A DNA stretch of 64,000 nucleotides. Origin: Trichosphaerium sp. ATCC 40318. Taxonomy: Eukaryota; Protista; Tubulinea. Below, piece by piece: positions 1-10,065 of this stretch. Where the stretch lies: positions 62,001 to 126,000 of the forward strand of contig JALMLS010000070.1 of NCBI GenBank assembly GCA_038496445.1, written 5' to 3'. Both the position numbers and the translations under genes were made by a program. The notes below the pieces were generated by a model. It had not been told where the DNA came from, did no database searches, and worked only from the letters and a program-made list of their open reading frames with translations. The stretch's first letter is position 1, and each line of letters starts with the position of its first letter.

Positions 1-1
1 C

Positions 2-1525
2 AATTATATTGAAGGTAAGCTCCATGGAGAGTCCAAAGACTGGTACAGTAATGGTATATTACGCATTAAGTGCAACTACATCAACGGTTTAAAACAAGGA
101 GATTATTTTGAATTTTTTAATAAGAATGCACAAATCATCAGAAAGCAATGTAGTTATCTCAATGATGAACTACATGGAGAGTACAAGGAATACTATGAAA
201 ATAGCCAATTGCGTGAACACTGTCATTATGTAAACGGCAAAAAAGAGGGACAATCAAATATTTGGAATGATGATGGCAAATTGATTAGGCAACGCTACTG
301 CTGCAATGGTGAAGTCCAAGAAGACTCTTGGTTTGATCATGAAAATAATCAAATTTCAAAGCACGTGCATTACAAAAGTGAAAAAGAGAGAGTGTGGAAG
401 TATTGGAACAGTAATGGCCAGCTTATTAAAGAAGAAAATAAATATAAAACTGATGACGATCAGATTGTTATGGATGGAGAGAATAAAAGATGGTACATAA
501 ATGGACAACTGAAGATACAAAGCTACTATTACAGAGGCTCACTCCATGGGGAGTATAAGGAGTGGTATGACAACGGGCAACTGAAGAAGCAATGTTACTA
601 TTGTAAAGATTCACTAAATGGAGTGTATAAAGAGTGGCACAGTAATAGCCAACTGAGAACGTCAGCAGTTCAGAAAAACGGAAAACAAGAAGGAGAGTAC
701 AAATCTTGGCATGACAATGGTCAATTACAAGGGCACTGCAATTACATCAATGGTGAACAACATGGAGATCGCAAGTACTGGTATGACAATGGTCAATTGT
801 ATGAACATTATTTATTCATTGATGGCACAAATAAAGGACAATACAAGGCTTGGTACAGAAATGGTAAATTGAAAGCACTATGCAACCACATCAATTTTGG
901 GTTTGAAGGAGAGTTCAAAAAGTGGTTCCTTAATGGTAGATTGAAGATGCAATGCACCTATGCCAATGGATATCGATATGGGCAATATAAGTCTTGGTAT
1001 GACAATGGTCAACTGAAGAAACAAAGGAACCATATCGATTATGATTGGGCTGTTATGATACTAGATGGAGAGTACAAAAAATGGTATGCCAATGGCCAAC
1101 TTAAGGCTCAGTTTTGTATTGTTGAGGGATGGTACAGTGGAGAGTTCAAAAAGTGGCATGAAAATGGCCAAATACGCCAACATGGTCACTTTGATGGTGA
1201 GTCTAGCAAGCATGGTGATTTCAAAAAGTGGTACAACAACGGTCAATTACAGGAGCAATGTAAGTACATCTATGAAACTCTGGATGGACAGTATAAGTAT
1301 TGGCATGAAAATGGACAATTAAAGAAGCAACACAACTATGAAAAGGGCAAGATAAAAGGGGATCATAAAACTTGGTATGACAACGGCCAATTGAAGAAAC
1401 AATGCAACCATGAAAAAGGTGAGTGTAAAAAATGGCATGCCAATGGCTATCTCAAGTCCTATTTGGTTCGAAGTATCACTGGATTCCACTGCGGAGCTGA
1501 AGGGTGTCGATGTAAATACGGATAG
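2..1525 (+). CDS. MORN_2/YwqK-type 24-aa repeat protein, 5'-partial (probably F-box-like + MORN, as for its tandem paralog); intronless in the window
   Basis: The frame is open from position 2. It contains repeated GEYKxWYxNGQLxxQCxY units and is homologous to 2063-3415. Confidence 0.85.
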   Translation, partial: NYIEGKLHGESKDWYSNGILRIKCNYINGLKQGDYFEFFNKNAQIIRKQCSYLNDELHGEYKEYYENSQLREHCHYVNGKKEGQSNIWNDDGKLIRQRYCCNGEVQEDSWFDHENNQISKHVHYKSEKERVWKYWNSNGQLIKEENKYKTDDDQIVMDGENKRWYINGQLKIQSYYYRGSLHGEYKEWYDNGQLKKQCYYCKDSLNGVYKEWHSNSQLRTSAVQKNGKQEGEYKSWHDNGQLQGHCNYINGEQHGDRKYWYDNGQLYEHYLFIDGTNKGQYKAWYRNGKLKALCNHINFGFEGEFKKWFLNGRLKMQCTYANGYRYGQYKSWYDNGQLKKQRNHIDYDWAVMILDGEYKKWYANGQLKAQFCIVEGWYSGEFKKWHENGQIRQHGHFDGESSKHGDFKKWYNNGQLQEQCKYIYETLDGQYKYWHENGQLKKQHNYEKGKIKGDHKTWYDNGQLKKQCNHEKGECKKWHANGYLKSYLVRSITGFHCGAEGCRCKYG

Positions 1526-2062
1526 TAACACTACAGAACTTTGTAGGTTTACAACATAATAAAGAGCTGCAACTATTTAAAGGAACTTTCCTGTATTTGT
1601 TTTTTTTGATTACATACCTAAATGTGCAGAAAGTACAAAAATAACTTTTTGCAATAATCCAAAAATTGGGTTTAAGCGAAATCTCAAAGACAAACCATAA
1701 AATGGCCCATACTCTCAGAACGGGTAATCATTAATGTGTTAGAATAGTTGACGCATTATGGCTTATTATTCTGTGACTCTAAAGCCTTTAGTAGCCCATA
1801 GGTATTCACAATAGACACAACATTCCAAGTGAGACATACACCAGTGGTATCAATATTGAAAAGGCATAATAGGAGGAGGAAATAGTATTTTAACATCTTT
1901 TAGGCAAAAAATTATTTTTTATGCAAATCAGAGGAGCTTTTTTTTGAGGTCAAGTCAAAAATAGTTAAAACATGTTTCCCACGCGTGTATGCGTTATACA
2001 AGAAGCAGAACCGCGTAATAAAATGCTCTAAGCTTACGAATACCTTCATACAACACTTATGA

Positions 2063-3415
2063 ATGACAAGCGATACGCCAGACAAATGTCACGTGTTTCG
2101 TCTTCCGCTTGAGTTACAACTGGATATTATCGATTTAGACTTTGAAGTGTATTTAAAATGGCCTCTGCTATCAAAACATAGCGCATTAGAAACGAGATTT
2201 GACAATGACATGAATAAACATGGTAAATGGCTTAAACGATCAAAAGGTATGTTCCAGAAGAAGTGTAACTACATCAACGGTAAAAAACATGGAGAATACA
2301 AAACGTGGTATGTAGATAATGGTCAAATGAGGAAGCAATGCAGTTACATCAATGATAAACTACACGGACAACGAAATGAGTGGCATGAAAATGGTCAGTT
2401 AGAAAAGCAGTGCCATTATATTAACGATAAACTCAATGGCGAGTACCAGAAATGGCTTCAAACTGGCCAGCTAGACAAGCAGTGCCATTATATTAACGAT
2501 AAACTCAATGGAGAGTACCAGAAATGGCATGTAACTGGCCACCTATGCAAGCAGTGCCATTACATTAATGATAAACGCAATGGAGAGTACCAAGAATGGC
2601 ACTATAATGGCCAACTAAGCGCGTTAAGTAATTACATTCAAGGTAAGCTACATGGAGAGTGTAAGGATTATAACAGCGATGGTAAATTATGGTGTAAGTG
2701 CGACTACATCAACGGTTTAAAACAAGGAGATTGTATTGAATGGTTTTTGAACGAGCATGCACAAATCATCAGAAAGCAATGTAGTTATCTCAATGATGAA
2801 CTACACGGAGAGTACAAGGAATACTATGAAAATGGCCAATTGTACGAACGCTGTCAGTATGTAAACGGCAAAAAAGAGGGACAATCAAATATTTGGAATG
2901 ATGATGGCAAATTGATTAGGCAACGCTACTGCTGCAATGGTGAAGTCCAAGAAGACTCTTGGTTTGATCATGAAAATAATCAAATTTCAAAGCACGTGCA
3001 TTACAAAAGCAAAAAAGAAAGTGTGTGGAAATTTTGGAATAGCAATGGCCAGCTTGTTGCAGAAGAAAATAGATATAAAACTGATGACTATCAGATTGTT
3101 TTGAATGGAGAGTATAAAAGATGGTACATAAATGGACAACTGAAGATGCACTGTTACTATTACAGAGGCTTGTTCCATGGAGAGTATAAGGAGTGGCATA
3201 TTAATGGCCAAATGAAGCTGCTAGGATTTTGTAAAAGCGGAAAAAAAGAAGGAGAGTTCAAATACTGGCACAAAAATGGACAATTGGGAGTGCAGGGCAA
3301 TTATGTGAATGATAAACGTGAAGGAGAGTACAAGTCTTGGCATGACAATGGTCAATTACAAAACCACCACCATTACATCAAAGGGGAACAATATGAAGAG
3401 CAAGTGTTGGTATGA
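2063..3415 (+). CDS. F-box-like N-terminus + MORN_2 repeat protein, intronless, 3' end truncated by frameshift
   Basis: The N-terminus reads VFRLPLELQLDIIDLDFEVYLKWPLLSK and is followed by about 15 MORN_2-like units. Frameshifted repeat sequence continues to about 3560. Confidence 0.85.
   Translation: MTSDTPDKCHVFRLPLELQLDIIDLDFEVYLKWPLLSKHSALETRFDNDMNKHGKWLKRSKGMFQKKCNYINGKKHGEYKTWYVDNGQMRKQCSYINDKLHGQRNEWHENGQLEKQCHYINDKLNGEYQKWLQTGQLDKQCHYINDKLNGEYQKWHVTGHLCKQCHYINDKRNGEYQEWHYNGQLSALSNYIQGKLHGECKDYNSDGKLWCKCDYINGLKQGDCIEWFLNEHAQIIRKQCSYLNDELHGEYKEYYENGQLYERCQYVNGKKEGQSNIWNDDGKLIRQRYCCNGEVQEDSWFDHENNQISKHVHYKSKKESVWKFWNSNGQLVAEENRYKTDDYQIVLNGEYKRWYINGQLKMHCYYYRGLFHGEYKEWHINGQMKLLGFCKSGKKEGEFKYWHKNGQLGVQGNYVNDKREGEYKSWHDNGQLQNHHHYIKGEQYEEQVLV
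2405..2620 (+). repeat. Three near-identical 72-bp tandem coding units
   Basis: aagcagtgccatta starts at 2405, 2477 and 2549. Confidence 0.9.
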
Positions 3416-3560
3416 CAATGGCCAGTTGAAGGAGCATACAAGTTTAGGTAAGGGTAAGACCAAAGGACCATAAAACTTGGTATGACAAAGCTAATTGAAC
3501 AAACAATGCAACCATGAAAAAGGTGAGGATAAAAAATGGCATTAGCTACCCTCAAGTTCT
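3380..3560 (+). pseudogene. Decayed 3' tail of the second MORN gene
   Basis: Sequence such as cataaaacttggtatgacaa and aacaatgcaaccatgaaaaaggtgag matches 1364-1424 but carries indels and stops. Confidence 0.75.
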
Positions 3561-3633
3561 AATGCCATAGAATAAAGTAAACAGAATTATCCTTTAGCTA
3601 GTCACAATTTTACTTTTATACACTAGCACAATT

Positions 3634-4719
3634 ATTATTCTTGAGCGTTTTTGTGTCCGCATTCTACTGTAATAAAGTCTAACACGTGTTTAAGATATTC
3701 GTCAATATTAGAATACATTATGTAATTATGTCCGCCTTTATCAAACGCTACCAACTTCTTCTTAGACGACTTTAATGCCCATTTGTGAATCAATTTACCT
3801 TGTTTTATTGGCACCTAAACCCTATTAGAGAACAAACGCAAGCCAGAAAGAACACAAGAGTCAAACTTGTTAAACACATTTTCAGTTCAAAGAAAAAAAA
3901 AAGTTTCTTACCAAATTGTCGTTCTTACTGTGTAGAACAAGTAAAGGTCCTTGGTATCCTTTGAGTTTTTCTTTATGGTTGAGGTATATAGCTTGTTCTT
4001 TAGCGAGTTGTTGAATGACATCTTCAGGCAAGTCATCATTTTTGACATGTTTTTTAATGAACGGATGCTTCTTAATAAGGTCAACAGGATAAGCTAATCC
4101 ACTATCTATAATGAGGCCAGAGATGTTAGGAAACTTATGAGCAAAGTGTATTGCAAATAGGGAACCAATGGACCTCCCAAAAACTAAGTTTTTGTCAGTG
4201 TGAATGTCAAAAAAGCAAAACGGTTTACTAACCTATTATATCCTCTTGAGGTAATTGAAGAGCCGTAAAGACATCCTCAATGTCTTGTAACATCATTGTA
4301 ACCTTTGGTTTACCTGTTGACATGCCATAACCTCTGTACTCGACAAATATCTATTTTAGACTGATTAAAACGATATATTGGTATGCTTATAACGTACCAG
4401 ATTAACTTTCAACGGTTCTAGAAAATGTGCAAGACAGCTTGGTTCTTCGCCGTCTTTGAGCTTTCCAACTGCGTAATCACTTACTTTTTCACCGTTTCCA
4501 TGGAAATGAATGATAGTCTTGCCCTTATGGCTAAAAACACATAATTAGTTAACGTAATCCTTTAAAAACGCTTTAAATAACATACCCAGAATAATACTTA
4601 CTACAAGCGAGCGTTACACCATCTCTACACTTAATATCAAACCGATTGTTTAATTCCACTGTTCTTCTAGGATAGAACAGAACATTAGATATCAACTGAT
4701 GGTCTAAGAGGTTAGACAT
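3634..4719 (-). CDS. Alpha/beta hydrolase (ABHD13/ABHD17/BEM46-like), multi-exon
   Basis: Spliced motifs are LFYPR, IIHFHGNGE, VEYRGYG, FGRSIG (nucleophile) and GGHN. Confidence 0.85.
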
Positions 4720-4953
4720 ATCAAAATAATGATTCAGAACGCTTAAAACAGTTCGGAAATATTCGCCAAACGTGTTTTTCACAGAAAAGTAACGGCATTG
4801 ATTTCGTTCGCTTAGCGAGATCTCAGACTACAAGGTTCTTGTTCGTTTGACTTACGCAAAGCGTAAAAGGTTTGTAGTATCTACGTGACATACAAGTTGC
4901 ACTCAAGATAAAAAAGCTTATTGTTTTGAACGGTTTTTTTTGTCATGTTACGT

Positions 4954-7900
4954 CTATTTTACAGGTTTTTTATCCTTTTTTGGTGTTTTCGCATTACTAT
5001 TATTACTATCATCAGTATACGTTGCACCTACTTTAAATGCAACTACAGTGCTATGATCAAGCTTTCCAGGGAATCTTTTATAATCCTTTGGTAATGGTTG
5101 ATTTGGATTGGCTTCCATCCAAACTCTTGATTTTAGTGTTATTTTATCAACATATGCCAATACTTTATCAACCACTGAACTGCAACAAATCTCCTCATCT
5201 ACACCCTAAAAATCACGTGATGAGAAAAATTTCGGTACAATAAAAAAAGTAGAAAACAATCCGTATTGAGAACAGAAGGAAAAGGTGAAAAGGACAAAGC
5301 GTACTCCAAGAGATACAATACGTTGCATCAATTTTTCTGAAAATTTTGTCAAGGCAGGATCTGAATCATCTGTCTCATAAAATTGATCCCACGTTACTGT
5401 AGGCGCAAGAGAAGGTACTACTGACTGTGGCGGCACACTAAGTTTCTCAGGCTCTAAATAAAAAACCTTAGACTTTAAGAAGTAAAAAAAAGTTGCGAGA
5501 AAAATATGCCATACCAAGGTTATCATGAATACCATCACTAACAACAATGATAACATCTCCTTTTTTACATATCTGTTGTACAATCATAACATTTCTAAGA
5601 TCAGGATCTGATCCTACACGTGGTCCTAAACGACCACCAGGATCTCTACCATCGTTACTCTAAAAAAAGTGAGAAAAAACAATAATAAATAAATATGGCT
5701 GGTTATGACGTACTCCTCTATTTCCTGTTGTCAGGTCAACTATAGATTTCGTTTCTGTTTTGAATCTATACGCTTTACAATCACCAACAGATATAAGTTG
5801 GAGTAACCAGTCATCTATAAATAGAGTACACGTGTCAATACAAACCTAGAAAAAAAAACCACCCATATTAAATGTACCTTTACTATCTTGTACAGGAGCA
5901 ATATATCCTCCAACAAGTGTTGTAGTACCACAACGATATACTTCTTCCTGTAAACGAATAAAATAAGAAAACAATAGCGCCTATCGAACGTACAGTTGGA
6001 TGTAATGCGAGTATTGCATCATGTGCTTTAGTCAAAGCATCCATTAAATAAACGCCTGATATATGTGTATCACAAAAAAGAGGCAAGCAATCTGAAAACG
6101 ATGATTAGAGGAACAACTTTAGCGTGATGAAAGCCTTACTTATAACTCGTTTTACAAACATATTACGTGCTGCTTCAGCAGCATTGCTTGGTCCATCTCC
6201 CCAACTAAGATCACAATCAACTTTCTTTTTCGTCACAACAAGAAAATCATTACCTGCAACCGTCACATAAACACATTGCAACTAGTCCATTCTCAAACCC
6301 AGTGATTTTAAAACTGTCACAAATAGGATTACCCTATTAAAAAGAAACTGTCAGTCACCATACTCCAACACGGAGGTAACGAAACATACCTGCGGTTGAC
6401 CAGTACGAGAATCAATAGGATACATCGAGACGCTTCTACCAGCGCAATTCTTCTTGTAGGTGTCAACCATTGCTACTGGATGTTGAGGCCCTGCAACTTC
6501 GTTAGCATGGTACAAGTACTGAGTTAAGAGGGTTGATATACCTGCTGCACTAAATGCTTCAACAAGGGTAGACATTCTGCTCATTGACACAAATGGTGTT
6601 AGTCTAACCATTACTTCAACTTGTGTCTTAGTAAAGATGTGAGCAAAGTCCTTTCCATTTTTATCGCTAATACTTTTCACAGCTGTATGAATATTCAAAC
6701 CAAGTTGGTCTACTTTATAACTCCAACTAGAGAACATAATTAGAAACCAACGAAGAAAAAAACAAAAATAAAGGCCAGTATAGTACCGTATTAATATAGG
6801 TCCTCTAGAACCCGAAAATACATCATTGTTATACTGATGAACGCATCTATATGGCCACGCGTGACCTTGTAAGTCTGCAATGCACCTTTTTCTCTAAACA
6901 ATCATTACAACATGTTGCCTAAAATAGTAATTTTATGTTTGCTGAACGCACCCATGTGTCCCATATAAGTAATGTTTTATCTTCTGATGAAGACCATATA
7001 TGCTCTATACCACCTGGAAGGTGTACAAGAGCTAAACATATAACAGCACCTTTATGTGCCTCTTTTTGAAAACGAACTTTGTTTTTAGTTAAAGAATTAG
7101 GATCAATAACAATAACAGAGTTATCACAACAAACCCATATGCCATTCGACGCTTTAACAATAGAGTTAACAAACCCCTTCTGTTTTAAATTAATAACCAT
7201 CTTCTCCTATTAATACAAAGGTCAATAACAAAAAAGCACATAGAGAAAGAAGAGAGCAGAAGCAGAAAACCAACAAACAACGAAACAGAAAAAAAGTTTT
7301 CAAAAAACTCAGAAAAAGGAAACTCCAGTTTGATAGTCTTAAAATCGCCATCAAGTTGCATGCCTTTCCTGTTTCCAAGCTGTACACTATAATTTTAGAA
7401 AAAGTGCCAATAAACAAGTCATTTGCTATAACTTTAGCGCTTGTTATTGTATTCCCTACGTTGGTCTTCTGTGATGGTTTAAGTTTGTTACCACTCGCCT
7501 AGAGAAAAACGATGAAACCTAAGAATCTACTGTACTCCAGATTTAATAAGCGTGTCAACGCAGTCTATGCGAAAGCGCTATTTTAAACCGAAAAAAAAAG
7601 CGTTGGTACTTACCTTCCAAACAGTGAGGTTTCCCTTAGCATCACCTGTCCACACGCAGTTACTGCCCTGTTGTCCAGCAATACAAGTCAAAGGATGCGA
7701 ATGAGTATACTTTTTTGTGCTTTTCATTGTCTATGTCGTTACGTTAGCGTACAGTGCTCCCGCCGCGTAAAATTGGTTTATTGCTGTTCGTATTAAAACA
7801 AAAAGTAATACCTTCGGATTCCAAGTTATTAAAGTACCATCTGCGCATACAGTAACTACAAGGCCAGCGATGGCACCCTTAAAACAACCAATTAGTCAGA

Positions 7901-8148
7901 AATTACGTCGTAAACGTCGTACAATGCCAGATATGCACTGATCGTGTGCTTTAATAGAGCCCACGTATTTCTACAACCGTCAGTAATTCTTTTGCTAAAC
8001 GTAAAACACTTACATCGCCATAAACGCGTATGGTTCCATCTGTACAACAACACCATACATTCCCTTCAACGTTTGCGAAACAGTTAGGTGCGCCACCTTT
8101 AAACCGTATCTTATCTATCACAGTAACCTCAGGAGCATAGGTTTCCAT
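4954..8148 (-). CDS. WD40-like beta-propeller fused to a PP2C-like phosphatase (CG9801-like), multi-exon
   Basis: WD-like blades include AHKGAVICL..IWSSSEDKTLLIWD. PP2C-like motifs are GNPICDSF, CDGCSWG, VGDCKAY, DPGGRLG, VSDGIHDNL and PGKLDHST. Confidence 0.75.
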
Positions 8149-8317
8149 GATGCGCTGCTGTAACGGTATAAATGTATACACGAGCTTAAAGAGTTGCACG
8201 TGGCTAAAGTACCAAAATATGCTTGATTAGCTACGTGTACTAACACAAGACCGCCTATACTATCTGCAACAGGTTAAGTTAAGTACGCTTTTTGGCTTTC
8301 AACATTTTTTTCGTAAG

Positions 8318-9043
8318 ATGGCTGCACAACCATTAAAAGTTATATTTCTGGACATTGATGGCGTACTTCGCTTGATGAACGATAGTAAAGGAGGAATAGC
8401 AATGCACACTGTCGAGCACCTTAAAACAATAGTAGACGATACAGGCGCTATGATTGTGCGTACCAGAGCTCAAAATAGTATTTTTTGATTGTTTTGAAAC
8501 TATAACAACCACAGTTTGTTAATACTAAGCGTAGATTCTTTCTAGTACATGGAGGTACAACAAACACGCCATTGCTTTAAACTATGTTATTAATAACACA
8601 AATTCCATTATGCACGGACCAACATTGCTTAGGTGGTTCCCCAAACTCGTTAAATACCTAAATACTACATTTTCGGCGTATAAAATCCCATTGATAGCAG
8701 GATTTACGCCAACAATAAAAGAAAAGGGTAAATCACGCGTTGGTACGTATCCTACAATGTTGTCTTGGCCTAAAAACACTTGAATAGACGAGATTTTACA
8801 ATGGATTTCTGAGTGGCAGAAGGACGAGCAGCATGCACCTGTATCTCAGTGGATAGCTATAGGTATATTAATTTCGCTTGATAACAATCCAGACACTCAT
8901 TCTTTTGTACATCAGACGATATGCCGTTAGACGAGGATATAAGAATGGACAAACACTTTGTTAAAACTAATCCTAAAATGGGTTTGTCTTATGGAGCTAC
9001 AATGCTTGCCATTCGTCTTCTTAATGCACAACAACACTCTTAA
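8318..9043 (+). CDS. HAD-superfamily protein (HAD_SAK_2 / Swiss Army Knife RNA repair-like), multi-exon
   Basis: Motifs after splicing are KVIFLDIDGVL, ILSSTWR, GFTP, DEILQWI and WIAIDD. Confidence 0.8.
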
Positions 9044-9205
9044 AGAAAATGTGCGAGTATGCTTGCTTGTTATACTACTGTAACATAAAATGTAAAAAAC
9101 ATTATTCGTCGTCTGAATTCTGAGTGTCACTTTTTTATGACGTCTCGAAATGGAATTATAAAGTTGTACATCTTAAGTCAAACGTACAACTGTCGCACTT
9201 CAAGT

Positions 9206-9871
9206 ATGAGCACACGTAAGCATAAGCGTTCCAAGAAGAAGAGCAAAAGGAAAAAACGACATGTTTCAGACAAAAAGCGCAAAAATAAAGAGTGCTTGCT
9301 TCTGGATTTACCCCTTGAGCTTCAACATGCTATATTCAACCTTGACACTGAAATTTACGTTAAATGGCCTAATTTAAGCAAAGTAGCAGCAGTTACAAGT
9401 CGATATACGCATAGCCTTGAGAAACACGGTAGATTTTTGGTTATGTGGAGCCAACCGCGTAAAGTGTTCCAGGAAACAAAATATGAAGAGGGTAAGAAAA
9501 TTGGAGTAGAAACAAAGTATTTCCTTGATGGTCACGTGTCAGAGAAAACAAACTATAAAAGAGGTAAAAAAAATGGTGAATATAAAAGGTGGAGTCATAA
9601 TGCAAGAGGTGGAAGTCATTTATTGCTTGAAGTGTTTAACTATGTAGACAATATAAAGGATGGTCCATATACCAAATTCCACTGGAACGGAAAAAAGAAG
9701 GAAGAAGGTAATCTTTATCGAAATACTTACAATCGTGGACATTTTATGTCATGGAGTGCTGCTGGTACATTACTCCTTGAAGGTGACTATGATGACGAAG
9801 GAAGGAAGCATGGAATATTTACTGCGGACAGTATTATACGTGAGTATGTGCATGGTAGATGCGAGTTGTAA
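9206..9871 (+). CDS. Basic NLS-like N-terminus + F-box-like + MORN_2 repeats, intronless
   Basis: The ORF reads MSTRKHKRSKKKSKRKKR, then LLDLPLELQHAIFNLDTEIYVKWPNLSK, then KNGEYKRW / KDGPYTKFHWNG repeats. Confidence 0.8.
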   Translation: MSTRKHKRSKKKSKRKKRHVSDKKRKNKECLLLDLPLELQHAIFNLDTEIYVKWPNLSKVAAVTSRYTHSLEKHGRFLVMWSQPRKVFQETKYEEGKKIGVETKYFLDGHVSEKTNYKRGKKNGEYKRWSHNARGGSHLLLEVFNYVDNIKDGPYTKFHWNGKKKEEGNLYRNTYNRGHFMSWSAAGTLLLEGDYDDEGRKHGIFTADSIIREYVHGRCEL

Positions 9872-10065
9872 AATCGAAAAACGTGTGATAGAAAAAAAGA
9901 TTAATTGCAAAGAAGAAAAGCCGATTGACTGGTGGGTTGATATAGCCAGCACACTTAATTTGTTGAAGCTTTGCAAAGCTATTGTTTCCAGAATTCCTTA
10001 CTTTAAGGGCTAGGAGTGAACATAGACAAGTAGGTCCAAATAGTGAACAAATAAACATAATTTTT

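Noticed and set aside
2405-2620. CRISPR-like array
   Set aside because: These are contiguous 72-bp coding repeats without spacers, the context is eukaryotic, and no cas genes are present.
2-3200. Diversity-generating retroelement TR/VR pair
   Set aside because: Both copies are coding paralogs, the differences are not adenine-restricted (for example CGT vs TAC), and no reverse transcriptase is in the window.
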